64,000 nucleotides of DNA from an uncultured Chloroflexia bacterium (GCA_963751345.1 CAVVUS010000018.1:256001-320000); one strand, 5' to 3'; numbered from the stretch's first letter, positions 1-10,737 are shown. The notes: generated from the sequence alone by a model not told the origin. Numbers and translations are program-made.

Positions 1-1523
1 CACAGCTTCGACGTGAGAGAGACGTGGTAGAGATGGGGGTTCATGATCCGGCGAACGCCCGGGTAGAGCCGCCCGATGTCGGCCTCACGCCGAGCGCGAA
101 TCTCCTCGAGCGTGGGGAGCTCACAGACGAGTTTGCCCTCGTTGAGGATCTCAACCAGCAGCGGTTCGATCTCCGAGATGTTCTCCTGACGAAGACCCCG
201 GTGCGCAGTGTGATCCGTAGGATGGCGCAAAACCAATGGATCCTGTTCGCTGGGTTTCTCGGCTGCCAGACTCAGGAGGTCCGCAACGGCCTTACCGTAG
301 GTGTCATAGACACGCCAGACGCGCTTGTTGCCGGGATTGGGGATCTTGGTTGGGGTCTCCGATATCTTGATGGCGGGCAGCCATCGACCTCCCGCGGCGT
401 TCGATCCCCTGTCCTGTATCGCGACCAACTTGTAGACGCCATCCAGCGCGGCGTCACCACCTGAGGTGATGAGGCGCGTGCCGACGCCGTAGACGAGGCG
501 TCCGATCACAGACTCGGCGTCAAGACCGTTTCGTGGCGCCTCCTCCTGGATCTGGGTGAGGATCTGCAGGATCACCAACTCGTCAAGCTGATTCGACAGC
601 ACGATGGAGACATCGGAGAAGCCGGCTTCGTTGAGCTGCTTGGCTGCGCGAATCGCCAAAAAAGCCAGGTCCCCGGAATCCAGCCGGATGCCGACGGGCC
701 GGTGCCCCTTGCGCCTCAGTTCTTCGAAGACCTTGATCGCGTTGGGAACGCCGCTGCCCAATGTGTCGATCGTGTCCACGAGCAGGAGAGAGTCGTCGGG
801 GTAGATATCGGCGTAGGCGCGGAAGGCATCCAGCTCTGAACCGCCCAGGGCCATAAAGACCTGCACCATGCTGTGGGCATGCGTTCCCTTTGGAGGGAGT
901 CCGAGCACGTGGGAGATCCCCACGTTCGACGTGAAATCGGCACCTCCAATCAGGGCGGCGCGTGCACCCGCGTTGGCTCCACGCTCCTGTGCCCTCCGCA
1001 GCCCGAACTCCAGGAGAAGCTGGCCCCTGCCGCTTTGCCGGATACGGGCGGCCTTGGTTGCGATGAGAGTTTGGTAGTTCAGGTGGTTCAAGAGGGCCGT
1101 CTCCAGGATCTGGGCCATCGCCAGCGGCCCCTGAACGACGGTCAAAGGAACGTTGGGGTGGACGACTCGGCCCTCGGGGATAGCCTGCAGCGTGATGGCG
1201 TCCATCGTGCCATTTGCCTTGAGCCACTGGAGGAAGTCCTCCGCGAAGAGCGGCGAGTCGTCGCTGCTCCTCTGTCCGCGCAGGTAGTCCAGGTCCTGCT
1301 CGCGGAAGCGGGCGTCCGCCATCCAGTCGAGCAGCCATTCGAGCCCTGCGTTGATGCAGTACCCGGCCTGATGGGAGCCGTAATCCGGGTAGCTGCGGAA
1401 GAAGTGGTCGAACTGGGCCAAGCGCTCGTGCAGTCCCATCCGATAGTAGAGCTGTGCCATCGTCAATTGATACTGGTCTGTGTAGAGGATGCCGTAGGCT
1501 GTAGCTTGCTCCGACCTGTTCAT
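1..1523 (-). CDS. pncB: Nicotinate phosphoribosyltransferase (3' end runs off window)
   Basis: Absent from the ORF track; hand translation from ATG 1523 gives [24 protein letters not shown]...EFGLRRAQ...GTHAHS...LLVDTIDT...GIRLDSGDL...GVGTRL...GVYKLV, all NAPRTase motifs. ATGA overlap with the upstream gene. Confidence 0.92.
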   Translation of the reverse strand, partial: MNRSEQATAYGILYTDQYQLTMAQLYYRMGLHERLAQFDHFFRSYPDYGSHQAGYCINAGLEWLLDWMADARFREQDLDYLRGQRSSDDSPLFAEDFLQWLKANGTMDAITLQAIPEGRVVHPNVPLTVVQGPLAMAQILETALLNHLNYQTLIATKAARIRQSGRGQLLLEFGLRRAQERGANAGARAALIGGADFTSNVGISHVLGLPPKGTHAHSMVQVFMALGGSELDAFRAYADIYPDDSLLLVDTIDTLGSGVPNAIKVFEELRRKGHRPVGIRLDSGDLAFLAIRAAKQLNEAGFSDVSIVLSNQLDELVILQILTQIQEEAPRNGLDAESVIGRLVYGVGTRLITSGGDAALDGVYKLVAIQDRGSNAAGGRWLPAIKISETPTKIPNPGNKRVWRVYDTYGKAVADLLSLAAEKPSEQDPLVLRHPTDHTAHRGLRQENISEIEPLLVEILNEGKLVCELPTLEEIRARREADIGRLYPGVRRIMNPHLYHVSLTSKL

Positions 1524-2431
1524 TCTGCCTCGTTGTCGTTTTCCGGTGTGATGATGGAGACTGCCCGGTGGACAATGTCGACGGTCAGGGCGCCGCGGCC
1601 GAGAAGCTCGCCATCGCCTTGTACAGGGACAGTCCGACTGGGCTCAACGCTGACACTCTTCTTCGCCGTCATACATCGAATGCGCTGCGAGCGTTCCGGG
1701 ACGTCGAAGACAATGTTGAGGGCGGCGATCAGGTAGTCAATGGCTGACCGAGCACGGATGAAGCAGACAGCGATCTCACCGTCATCCAGGCTGATGTCAG
1801 GAGCTAGTTGAAGCGAGGACAGACCGACGGCGCCGCTGTTGGCGATGATCACGTCTGACGCGCGGACCCGATGGGTGGCGCCGCCATCTATCCTGACTTT
1901 GAACTGCACGGGCTGCAGTCCGATTATCGTCCTCACGAAGGTGACGATGTAGGCTAGGAATCCGAACCGATTCTTGTCCTCGCGGCTCGAGTCCTGCATC
2001 ACCTTTGCAGCAAGCCCAACGCTGAGGTTCAGGAGGAAATACCGATCCCGGGCATAGAGTGCGTCGACAACTCGGAGCGCGTGAGGGCCCGTGATTAGCG
2101 CCATTGCTTTCCGCGTGTTGATCGGGATACCCAGGTCGCGCGCCAGCCCATTGGCGGTGCCGGAGGGAACCAAGCCCAACGGAATGTCGCTGTCGACCAA
2201 GCCGCCGGCAGCCCAGCACACCGTGCCGTCACCGCCGGACGCGATGACGACGTCGGGACCTTCGGGCACCTTCTGCTTGACCAGCGACGCAAGATCCTCA
2301 TTCTCCGACGTCTCGTGCACGTCGTAGGCCCACTGCGCCTTATCGAGAGCGTCCTCGATCTGCTCTCGGACAGAGACGCCGTCCCCTTTGCCCGCGGCAG
2401 GATTCATCACGACGAACGCGCGTTGGTTCAT
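1520..2431 (-). CDS. Diacylglycerol/lipid kinase family protein (YegS/DgkB-like)
   Basis: [20 protein letters not shown] and QGDGE motifs; start moved to ATG 2431 (MNQRAF) with a GGAAGGA RBS. Confidence 0.88.
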   Translation of the reverse strand: MNQRAFVVMNPAAGKGDGVSVREQIEDALDKAQWAYDVHETSENEDLASLVKQKVPEGPDVVIASGGDGTVCWAAGGLVDSDIPLGLVPSGTANGLARDLGIPINTRKAMALITGPHALRVVDALYARDRYFLLNLSVGLAAKVMQDSSREDKNRFGFLAYIVTFVRTIIGLQPVQFKVRIDGGATHRVRASDVIIANSGAVGLSSLQLAPDISLDDGEIAVCFIRARSAIDYLIAALNIVFDVPERSQRIRCMTAKKSVSVEPSRTVPVQGDGELLGRGALTVDIVHRAVSIITPENDNEAE

Positions 2432-3879
2432 ATTGTTTCCTTCCAATCGATGGCTGCGGTAAGGTGAGCGCCAAAGAGTGCGACGGAGGCGCTGAGGTAG
2501 ACCCAGAAGATGAGGGCGACTACGCTGCCCAGCGAGCCGTAGACGAGGTTGTACGTGCTCAAACCGCTGCCGACAAACCAACTGAAGGCTGCCTTTGCGA
2601 GCTCCCACGCCACCGCCGTGACGCCGGAACCCCAAAGTACGGCGCGCCAGCTCGGTTTGGTCGCTGGGACCCAGCGGTAGAGGGCCAGAAAGAGCAGCAT
2701 GCTCAGAGGAACGGGATGAGCTGGGTCAGGACAAGCGACCAGAGCACCGACTTGAAGAACTCAAGCCTGGGATTGGAGAGGTCGAGTCGGGGCAGGAGTC
2801 CCCCGATGGCACTGGCTGCCAATGAGAGAAAGAGCAGCAGCACGAGCACCCCGACCATCGCCAGGGCGGTGAGCCGCTGTTTGAGAAATCCTTGTTCCTT
2901 TGTCTGCGACCAGGCCTGGTTCACGTTCCGCGTGAGCACCGCAAAAGCGCTGGATGCGCTCCAGATCGTGCCGATGAGACTGACGATGCCGATGGTCCCT
3001 CGTCTGTTTCAGCACCGCCTGGAGGTTGTCGCTGATCACGCTGCGCGAGATCGGGATGGCCTGTGAGATGAAGTTCACGGCCTGCTGGAACGCTTGGCTG
3101 CTGTTCAGGTCCCAGACGTAGGTGGCGGCTGTCACCAGGACGAGGAGGAGGGGGAAGAGCGAGAAGAAGAGGTAGTAGGCCAATCCGGCTGCTGCCTCCG
3201 AAGTGTTGGTCTCACCGGCTGGGACCCAACGATACAGGGCCAGAAAGAGCAGCATGCTCAGTAAGAACGGGATAAGCTGGGTCAGGACAAGCGACCAGAG
3301 CACCGACTTGAGGAACTCAAGTCTTGGGTTAAGGAGGTCGAGCCGGGGAAGGAGCCCCCCAACGGCGCTCGCCGCCAGCGAGAGAAAGAGCAGCAGTACG
3401 AGCACGCCGACTATCGCCAGGGCGGTCAGCCGCTGTTTGAGGAATCCCCGCTCCTTTGTCTGCGACCAGGCCTGGTTCACGTTTCGCGTAAGCACCGCGA
3501 ACGCGCTGGACGCGCTCCAGATCGTGCCGATCAGACTGACGATGCCGATGGTGCCTCTCTGTTTCAACACCGCCTGGAGATTGTCGCTGATCACGCCGCG
3601 CGAGATCGGGATGGCCTGTGAGATGAAATTCACGGCCCGCTGAAACGCCTGGCCGCTGTTCAGGTCCCAGACGTAGGTGGCAGCCGTCACCAGCACGAGG
3701 AGGAGGGGGAAGAGCGAGAAGAAGAGGTAGTAGGCCAACCCGGCTGCCGCCTCCGCTGTATTGGTTTCGCCGTAGCGCGCGATCGTGCGCTGCAGGATCT
3801 TCGGCGCCCCGCCGGTCCGCCGGTTGAGCTCCAGGTAGATACGACGGGCACGCGTACGCACTCTCTCGGGAAGCTTCAT
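2428..3879 (-). CDS. YihY/BrkB family membrane protein with an internal 555-bp tandem duplication; second copy has +1/-1 indels
   Basis: AAGLAYYLFFSLFPLL, LYRWVP and YNLVYGSLGSVVALIFWVYLS motifs spread over ORFs 2761-3879, 2703-2939 and 2428-2700. Confidence 0.85.
2662..3771. repeat. Diverged direct tandem repeat, 2 x 555 bp (2662-3216 and 3217-3771)
   Basis: Hand alignment: about 56 substitutions and 2 single-base indels (about 90% identity), mostly synonymous. Confidence 0.95.
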
Positions 3880-3895
3880 GTCGAGATCCGTTTGC

Positions 3896-4429
3896 CTATT
3901 CGACTTCCTCGGCCGGCGCCTGACGCGATCTCACAGCGCGACGGCGCCAGAAGACAAAGAGCAGCACGAGTGACGTGACCATCCCGAACCACGTGATCCA
4001 GTAGTCAAACGGAAGCACCCGCCCTGCAAGCTCTTGCTTGCGTGCTTGGAGTTCGTCGACGAAGGCGCGAGCGGCGATCGGATTGTCGATGCGCCCTCCG
4101 ATCAAGGTAATCGCGCCACCCCGCAGGCCGGCCACCCGGACCCAACCGCGGATCGTAAGGACCTCGCCCTCCACCTCCGCATCGATGTCGGCGATGTCGA
4201 AAGGGCCTGTCCCGCGCTCGACCAAGGCCACGGCAAGCGGTCTGAGCCACAGCTCTGTTTCCCTAGCCGCCGCTTCTTCCTCACTGCCGGTCACCTTGGC
4301 GACGGCGGCCTCGATCTGCTCCAGAGGCGCGCCCACGCCGACGGACATCTGGCGGTCGTGCAGCGTGAACGTTACCACCCTCTCGGGGTGATCCACACTG
4401 CGCGCTGTATACGTATATGTGTTTTGCAT
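3896..4429 (-). CDS. Hypothetical protein with C-terminal membrane anchor
   Basis: 177-aa ORF with AAAGGA RBS; hydrophobic WITWFGMVTSLVLLFVFW followed by RRR. Confidence 0.7.
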   Translation of the reverse strand: MQNTYTYTARSVDHPERVVTFTLHDRQMSVGVGAPLEQIEAAVAKVTGSEEEAAARETELWLRPLAVALVERGTGPFDIADIDAEVEGEVLTIRGWVRVAGLRGGAITLIGGRIDNPIAARAFVDELQARKQELAGRVLPFDYWITWFGMVTSLVLLFVFWRRRAVRSRQAPAEEVE

Positions 4430-4487
4430 CGTTATTATCCTTTCGCTGTTCTACACTATCGAAAACCTGTGCCCTGAGAGAGGCCAT

Positions 4488-5441
4488 CTAAGGGCTTTTG
4501 ATACTCAGCACAATCTTGCCCTTGACTCCTCCGCTCTCGAGGCGCCGGTGCGCCTCTCCAACCTGTTCGAGGGGCAGCACTGAGTCGATCACGGGCTTGA
4601 TTTGGCCACGCTCGATCAGCACGCGCAGCGCGTCCAGCTTGTAGGCCGCGCGCTGAAGGAAGGTGGGGAAGAAGCTGATGTTCTTGCGCTGCGCTCTGTG
4701 CGTATCCACCCTGGTGCCCACGATACCGACGATGCGACCCAGTGTCTTGGTTACTTCGACGCTGCGGGTCATTGTGTCGCTGCCCACCGTGTCGAACACG
4801 ACGTCCACGTCGTAGCCGTCGGTAGCTTCCTTGACAGCGGGAACGAAATCCTCGGTCTTGTAGTTGATGGCTCGGTCGGCGCCCAACTGCCTGACGAGAT
4901 CGACCATATAATCGCTGCAGACGGCGATCACATATGCGCCCGCAGCCTTCGCCAGCTGAATCGCCAGCGACCCGACGCCACCGGCGCCGTGGATGAGAAT
5001 GCTCTCCCCTACGTGCAACTTTGCCTTCTCGATGAGTCCATCCCAGGCCGTGGATCCCACGAGCGGGATACTCGCCGACTCGGCGTGCGATAGGTTCACG
5101 GGCCTGTGGGCGACGATGGATTCGGTCACGACGTGAAACTCGGCGTAAGTGCCGGATGCCTGGCCGACGATGGCGGGAGTGTAGTAGACTTCATCGCCCA
5201 CGGTGAAGCGGCTCACGCCGCTGCCTACGGCCCTGACGACCCCTGACGCATCGTATCCGATCACGGCTGGCGGTTTCACACCTGCCCATCGTCCGTTGCG
5301 CCGGACTCCGGTGTCCACCGGATTGACCGAGGTCGCGTAGACTTCGACCAGAAGCTCGTTTGGTTCGATCTCTGGCTCGCCTACGGTGGCTTCCTCGAAG
5401 ACCTCGGGGCCGCCGAACTCTCGAATAATCATCGTTTTCAT
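4488..5441 (-). CDS. Medium-chain dehydrogenase/reductase, NADPH:quinone reductase-like
   Basis: FGGPEV, SVNPVD, GYDASG, HGAGGVG and GGVKGKIVL motifs. Confidence 0.9.
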   Translation of the reverse strand: MKTMIIREFGGPEVFEEATVGEPEIEPNELLVEVYATSVNPVDTGVRRNGRWAGVKPPAVIGYDASGVVRAVGSGVSRFTVGDEVYYTPAIVGQASGTYAEFHVVTESIVAHRPVNLSHAESASIPLVGSTAWDGLIEKAKLHVGESILIHGAGGVGSLAIQLAKAAGAYVIAVCSDYMVDLVRQLGADRAINYKTEDFVPAVKEATDGYDVDVVFDTVGSDTMTRSVEVTKTLGRIVGIVGTRVDTHRAQRKNISFFPTFLQRAAYKLDALRVLIERGQIKPVIDSVLPLEQVGEAHRRLESGGVKGKIVLSIKSP

Positions 5442-5467
5442 CAACTAGACTTTCCTTTCCAATCGAG

Positions 5468-6091
5468 CTACTTGAACCTAACGTCCGCCGTAGACCGCAG
5501 CACGGTGCCATTGTACAGGCTGGAGACCTGGCGAAGAGTCAACGCTTGGTCGAAAGTCGTGAGTGCGGAGATGCCATCGGCGGGCACGACAACGTGAAAC
5601 CAGCGTAGCCCCGCCGAGGCCGCGGTGTGCAGCACGCAGATGTTCGAGACCGTCCCTACAATGATCAGGTTTTCCACCTTCCAGAGTCGGGTTAGATAGT
5701 GATCGAGACCTGTCCCATAGAAGCCATCATACCGATTCTTGCGAAAGACCGTGTCCTCCGGCTGGGGCGCGAGCTCCTCGATGATCTCCCAGCCCCAGGT
5801 ACCGGGGCGGCAATGCTCGGGCCAGATGTCGAACTCCGGATCGCCCTCGATTGCTGTGTCCTGCGTGTAGACGACCCTTACCGCGTGCTCGTGCGCAGAT
5901 GCGATCAACGCCTGGATGTGGCCGATGGTCTCCTGAGCCGCCGGCACGACGAGACTTCCCCCCGGCGTGACGAAGTCGTTCTGCATATCCACGACAATGA
6001 CAGCGCTCGCACCTTCAGGAAGTACGATCGTGGACTGCACCGGTATTTCGGGAACTTCCACCTTCCCCGTGGGTACCCACTCAATTGGCAT
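5468..6091 (-). CDS. Isochorismatase-family cysteine hydrolase, probable nicotinamidase (PncA-like)
   Basis: VVDMQNDF, WPEHC, KNRYDGF and GTVSNICV give the Asp-Lys-Cys triad; start set at ATG 6091 behind GAGGAG. Confidence 0.8.
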   Translation of the reverse strand: MPIEWVPTGKVEVPEIPVQSTIVLPEGASAVIVVDMQNDFVTPGGSLVVPAAQETIGHIQALIASAHEHAVRVVYTQDTAIEGDPEFDIWPEHCRPGTWGWEIIEELAPQPEDTVFRKNRYDGFYGTGLDHYLTRLWKVENLIIVGTVSNICVLHTAASAGLRWFHVVVPADGISALTTFDQALTLRQVSSLYNGTVLRSTADVRFK

Positions 6092-6971
6092 GACCCGTTC
6101 TCTCCTCGTAGTATCTGCGGCATTCGGCCTCTCTGCCGCGAACGACGCGCTTGCCTTCGAGCGAGCCGTGGGTCTCGGTGACAACCGTGACCTGGTGTTC
6201 GTTGTCGTCGCGCTTGAAGTAGACGACCACCCAATCGTGCGTCTTGTCGAGATCGTGGGCCCGTGCTGTGTTGGAGAAGAGGGCCGTGAAGTGCCACCCC
6301 TCCCTGTCGGCATCCATCACGGGCAGCCGGGCCTTTCCCTCGGGGTTGAAGCGCTTGGGGGCGATGGTCCGAAGGTCCCCGGCGGCTGCGCGCTCCCGGT
6401 AGTCGCGATCTATGCCCAGGAGCAGGCCGATCGACGGTTCGTCTGAATCTCCGCCCAGATCGCTCTTCTCCACGTCGCGTGCATGGCGCTGCGCGGCACC
6501 GCTGAGGATACCGGCAAGGCTTAGACGCACGTTCTCGACGCGCTTCTCACCGAATCCCGGAACGTGGACGAGGCGCCCGTCGTGGGCGGCTTGCTCCAAC
6601 TCCTCCAGCGACGTGACGTCGAGGTGCTCGACGATCCGCTGTGCCAGTTCCTCCCCGATGCCCGGCACTTCCTCGAAGAGCTTGGTTGGATCGGTCTCGC
6701 TCTGCAGGCGACTGAGCAGGCTGGCGCGTCCGCTGTGAACGATCTCGACGATCATCGCCGCCAAGCTTGACCCGATCCCCGGGATCTGTTCCAGCGCCTC
6801 CTTGCCCTGCGAGGCCAGTGTGTTGGCGACCGGCTCTTTCTGGACGCGAACTTGCCTTGCGGCCTCACGGTAGGAGCGCACCCGAAAGGGGTTGGCCCCC
6901 CGGAGTTCCAGCAGATGCGCTATCTGCTCGAACTGCGTGGCAATCTGTTCATTCGTCACGTGCGATGCCAT
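6081..6971 (-). CDS. Helix-hairpin-helix DNA-binding protein: PolX N-terminal domains plus an unrelated C-terminal domain
   Basis: NEQIA...LLELRGANPFRVRSYREAA; HhH motifs IPGIG, VPGIG, VPGFG; no DxD palm and no PHP domain. Confidence 0.8.
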   Translation of the reverse strand: MASHVTNEQIATQFEQIAHLLELRGANPFRVRSYREAARQVRVQKEPVANTLASQGKEALEQIPGIGSSLAAMIVEIVHSGRASLLSRLQSETDPTKLFEEVPGIGEELAQRIVEHLDVTSLEELEQAAHDGRLVHVPGFGEKRVENVRLSLAGILSGAAQRHARDVEKSDLGGDSDEPSIGLLLGIDRDYRERAAAGDLRTIAPKRFNPEGKARLPVMDADREGWHFTALFSNTARAHDLDKTHDWVVVYFKRDDNEHQVTVVTETHGSLEGKRVVRGREAECRRYYEERTGHAN

Positions 6972-7000
6972 ATGTCTCCGGACCTTGCTGCTCTATCTCC

Positions 7001-7987
7001 CTATCCCTTGTCACTTTTTTCCTGATCGCGATAGTCTCCGTAGGCGGCGCTCAGGGCCGTCGCGATCTGATGGGGCGCCGGCACCTCGCCCCTCCCGGCA
7101 GGCCAGCCCTCTCGCTGCCGCCTGCGGTTGCCATCCGTCTCTTCGGTCTGATCGTGGAAGAGCACCTGCTGCGTTGGGAAGGGCAAGTCGATGCCGTTGC
7201 TCTGGAGGGCTTTCTTCACAGCACTCAACACGCGCGTTCTGGTTTCCATCGCATCGCGGCGCCGTGGCGGCATAATCCACCAGCGTGCGCGGAGTGTCAC
7301 CTGGTAGCTCGCGAGATCCACGACAAGGACCTCCGGCTCCGGCGTCTGCTCTACCTCTGGCAGACTCTCAAGTGTCTCCAGGATCACACGGCTCGCGGTC
7401 TCAATGTCGTCACCATAGCCGATCCCAATATCGTATTGGATTCGCCGGCGTTTATAGGCGGTGTTGACGGTGACGATGTTGGTGAATAGGTCCGAGTTTG
7501 GCACAATGACGCGGCGCCCATCGTACGTGCGAATCGACGTAGTGCGCGCCTCTATGCTCTCAATTGTGCCCTCGTAGTCCTGGAGGATGATCTGGTCGCC
7601 TACGACGAAGGTCTGGTTGAGGAGCAGCAGCACACCGGAGAAGAAATCTTCGAAGATGTTGCGAAAGGCAATGCCCGCCGCCAGCCCTCCCAGCCCCAGT
7701 AGCTGGACGAGTTGACCGAGCGAGAAGCCGGGAAAAGCGATCAGCAGGGAGATGAGCATGCCCAAGCTGACCACCGACCACCGGGTCAGCCGCCCCAACA
7801 AAACTCCAAGGCTGTCGGGGCGGTTAGAGGATTTCACGATCTTGCGGACCAGGGTCCGAGCGTATCTCGCCAGCAAGAGAGATGCGATGAAGAAGAGCAG
7901 AGCGATAAGGAGATCAGGAATGCGGACGAGCGTATCCGTGAGAATGCCCTGCAGGCGTTTGATCGCCGCAGAAAAGTCGAAACTCAT
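7001..7987 (-). CDS. mscS: Small-conductance mechanosensitive channel family protein
   Basis: Three TM segments, GIAFRNIFEDFFSG, FVVGDQI, DGRRVIVPNS and GIDLPFP; RBS AAAGGA before ATG 7987. Confidence 0.88.
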   Translation of the reverse strand: MSFDFSAAIKRLQGILTDTLVRIPDLLIALLFFIASLLLARYARTLVRKIVKSSNRPDSLGVLLGRLTRWSVVSLGMLISLLIAFPGFSLGQLVQLLGLGGLAAGIAFRNIFEDFFSGVLLLLNQTFVVGDQIILQDYEGTIESIEARTTSIRTYDGRRVIVPNSDLFTNIVTVNTAYKRRRIQYDIGIGYGDDIETASRVILETLESLPEVEQTPEPEVLVVDLASYQVTLRARWWIMPPRRRDAMETRTRVLSAVKKALQSNGIDLPFPTQQVLFHDQTEETDGNRRRQREGWPAGRGEVPAPHQIATALSAAYGDYRDQEKSDKG

Positions 7988-8010
7988 TACATCCTTTCTC
8001 TCATACTGCA

Positions 8011-8030
8011 CCCGGGGCCCTGACCCCGGG
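8011..8030. terminator. GC-rich hairpin between the FAD oxidoreductase and mscS
   Basis: CCCGGGG-ccctga-CCCCGGG inverted repeat; no clear U-tract. Confidence 0.35.
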
Positions 8031-8050
8031 CTGTGGCAGTAAGATCTTCC

Positions 8051-9286
8051 CTACACCAGGTCCTCCAGATCCGAGGCCTCATCCTCGAGCTTCTCTGCCA
8101 CGTCCCGATACGCCACGCGCGCTTTGACGAGCGCCTGCATAGGATCTCGCTCCTCGTCCGGGCGGCCCATCGCCAGCACACCGGTGAGGCGTCCTTCGTT
8201 GAAGTAGTAAAGCGCAAAGTCGCGCGTCTCGAAGTGCCCTCGCTGCACCGTCTGGTCCCACGCGGTCATGTCCCCCCAAACCTCAAAACTGAGGTCAAAG
8301 AGATCGGAGAAGAAGTAAGGAATGACGTCATAGCCCTCCCCCGCTCCGGCCATGTTGCGACCCGCCTGTAGACCCTGGGCGCGGGCCACGTCCCAGTGTT
8401 CCACGCGCAGTCGTTTCTTGTAGGTGGGATCCGGCCAGGCGGCAATGTCACCGGCAGCATAGATCCGAGGGTCGCTGGTCTGCAGGTATTCATTCACCAT
8501 AATGGCGCGATCCTGGTCGCGGACTTCCAGACCGGCTTCCTGCGCCAACTCCGTGTTGAGCGAGATGCCTACGCCCATCACGGCCATATCGATCGGCGGC
8601 ATCGCGCCGTTGCTCAGTTCCACCTGTGTGACGTGGCGCTCGCCGATGAAGCGCTGTGGTGTGATCCCGGCCAAGATTCGCACACCGTGCGCTGCATAGA
8701 TCTGCTGCAGCCATGCACTCATCTCTCGCGTGACGATGCGTTCCAGCAGGCGTTCCTCCGGAAAGGCCATTGTGACGTCGGCACCGAGTGTTGCCAATCC
8801 AGCGGCTACCTCTGAGCCGATGAAGCTGCCCCCCAGGACCAGCGCCTGCTTGCCCGGGCCGGCCATTTCGCGGAGACGTGTTGAGTCCTCAATCGTCCGG
8901 AGTGTGCGAACGCCCTCGAGATCGTTGCCCGGCAATGGCAGTCGTCGGGGCCGCCCTCCGGTCGCCAACAGCAGGGTCTCATATCGCAGGGCGCGTCCAT
9001 CCGCCAGGGCAATGCTCCGGGCCTCACGGTCGATCGAGATCACCCGGGTGCTTGTCAGTAGCTCAACGTTGTGTTCCGGATAATATGCCTCCGGGTCGAC
9101 ATAGACGCTATCTACCGGACGCTTGCCCATGAGGTAACCTTTAGAGAGCGGCGGGCGCTCGTAGGGACGATGCGGCTCCTGAGTGACTAGAGCGATGCTT
9201 CCCGCGTTGTCTTGCTCCCGGATTCCCTCAACGGCTTTCCCGCCGGCCATCCCCCCTCCAACAATAATGTATTTGTAGCTTGCCAT
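8051..9286 (-). CDS. NAD(P)/FAD-dependent oxidoreductase (ferredoxin reductase/monodehydroascorbate reductase-like)
   Basis: IVGGGMAG, YERPPLSKGY, LLATGG, GGSFIGSE, YAAGD, RVEHW and PYFFSD; start ATG 9286. Confidence 0.9.
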   Translation of the reverse strand: MASYKYIIVGGGMAGGKAVEGIREQDNAGSIALVTQEPHRPYERPPLSKGYLMGKRPVDSVYVDPEAYYPEHNVELLTSTRVISIDREARSIALADGRALRYETLLLATGGRPRRLPLPGNDLEGVRTLRTIEDSTRLREMAGPGKQALVLGGSFIGSEVAAGLATLGADVTMAFPEERLLERIVTREMSAWLQQIYAAHGVRILAGITPQRFIGERHVTQVELSNGAMPPIDMAVMGVGISLNTELAQEAGLEVRDQDRAIMVNEYLQTSDPRIYAAGDIAAWPDPTYKKRLRVEHWDVARAQGLQAGRNMAGAGEGYDVIPYFFSDLFDLSFEVWGDMTAWDQTVQRGHFETRDFALYYFNEGRLTGVLAMGRPDEERDPMQALVKARVAYRDVAEKLEDEASDLEDLV

Positions 9287-9336
9287 CGAGGACTCCTTAT
9301 CGTGTTCTAAAGTCAATTCAGTTCGGTTTTCTCAAA

Positions 9337-10716
9337 CTACAGCTCCAGCGGGCACGCGGTCGAATCCCATCCCGCCACGCCACCCAGGACTACGGTGAGA
9401 TCGGACCAGCCTTTGCGCTGCAGAAAGCTTGCCACCACCATCGATCGTAGGCCACTGCCGCAGAAGATGTGGACCGGTCTGTCTCTTGGCACCTCGTCGA
9501 TGTGCACCGGGATTTGCGTGATGTGTATATGGTGGGCATCGGTGATCTCACCCTCGCTCGCGAGCTCTTCGTCACTGCGGACGTCGAGAATCCAGGCCGG
9601 TTTGCCGCTGTCCAACTGGCGGCATAGCTTGTGTGTCGTGGTCGTCTCGGTCTGCGTGCTTTCGCGCCCTGCAATGTGCCACGTTAACATCCCGCCTGCA
9701 AGTGTGCCCACGATGTTGTCATATCCGAGACGGACCAGCGTTCGCACCGCGAGGCTGGGATCATCGTCAGACGTCACGAGCAGGAGGGGCTTGTCATAAG
9801 GCAAGAACCAACCCGCGAAACTCGCCAGCCCTCTCTGCCAGATCGAGAGTGAGTCGGGCACGTGGCCCGCACTGAACCCCAGCTCCATTCGGGTGTCGAC
9901 CACGATGGCGTTCTGGGCCGCCCGCGCGAAGGCGTCAGCCTTCAGTTGCGGTATGACAGGCAAGGCCCCGAGCGTGGGCGCACCGGTGAGATTGAGCTGT
10001 TCGACCTGTCTGAAGTAGGGGGGGCGTTCCAGCATATGAGCCACGTTGGCGACAAAGGTGTCTTTGCGGCTATCCTGCAATTTCGGGTTGTGCTTGCGCT
10101 CCAGGCCGATCGTCGTCCATACGCGCTCTGCGATGGAAGTCCCACAGACGGAGCCGGCGCCGTGTGCCGGGCATACGATCACCTCATCGCCCAAGGGCAG
10201 GAGGATGTCGAAGAGCGTCCGATGAAGCGAGGCTGCCATTTCGGGCATCTCCTCCTCGCCCAGCAGGTCCACGCGTCCTACGTCGCCGGCGAAGAGAGCG
10301 TCGCCCGTGAAGACAATCCACCGATTGCCGTCCGGGTCTCGCAGTAGATAACTCATATGGCCCGGCGTGTGTCCGGGCGTGTGCAACGCCCGGACTTCCA
10401 GCCGCCCCACCTTCCATATCTGACCATCCATCACGGGAGAGCCGTACTCATACCCCAGCTCGCCATCGGCGTGCCATATTTCAACGCCCTCACCCGTCGT
10501 CTTTGTGAGGCGTGCGAGCAGCTCCTGCGACCCAACCGCATAATCCTCGTTGCGGTGCGTTTCCAGGATCGCCTTGATCCGATACCCCGCGCCGGCTGCG
10601 AGGTCCAGATAGACCTCGCAGTCGCGCCGCGGATCGATGACCACAGCCTCGTGTTGGTCACCGACCAAGTAGGAATAGTGCGCCAGCCCCTGTGACTCGA
10701 CACGCTCAAAGAGCAT
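9337..10716 (-). CDS. MBL-fold hydrolase (persulfide dioxygenase-like) fused to two rhodanese domains
   Basis: ETHRNEDY, HTPGHT, TGDALF and PAHGAGS; C-terminal rhodanese loop CGSGLRS. Confidence 0.88.
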   Translation of the reverse strand: MLFERVESQGLAHYSYLVGDQHEAVVIDPRRDCEVYLDLAAGAGYRIKAILETHRNEDYAVGSQELLARLTKTTGEGVEIWHADGELGYEYGSPVMDGQIWKVGRLEVRALHTPGHTPGHMSYLLRDPDGNRWIVFTGDALFAGDVGRVDLLGEEEMPEMAASLHRTLFDILLPLGDEVIVCPAHGAGSVCGTSIAERVWTTIGLERKHNPKLQDSRKDTFVANVAHMLERPPYFRQVEQLNLTGAPTLGALPVIPQLKADAFARAAQNAIVVDTRMELGFSAGHVPDSLSIWQRGLASFAGWFLPYDKPLLLVTSDDDPSLAVRTLVRLGYDNIVGTLAGGMLTWHIAGRESTQTETTTTHKLCRQLDSGKPAWILDVRSDEELASEGEITDAHHIHITQIPVHIDEVPRDRPVHIFCGSGLRSMVVASFLQRKGWSDLTVVLGGVAGWDSTACPLEL

Positions 10717-10737
10717 ATGCCCCTCCCTGTTTCGCGA

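Noticed and set aside
583-1575. 330-aa minus-strand ORF from the ORF track
   Set aside because: Off-frame shadow of pncB, which has the recognisable motifs in another frame.
2700-2706. TGA in the second yihY copy as selenocysteine or readthrough
   Set aside because: Alignment with the first copy shows a single-base deletion creates it, and the downstream sequence is in another frame.
4430-4530. Sixth copy of the CCAAC promoter motif upstream of the 177-aa gene
   Set aside because: Only weak matches at the expected offsets, not distinguishable from chance.
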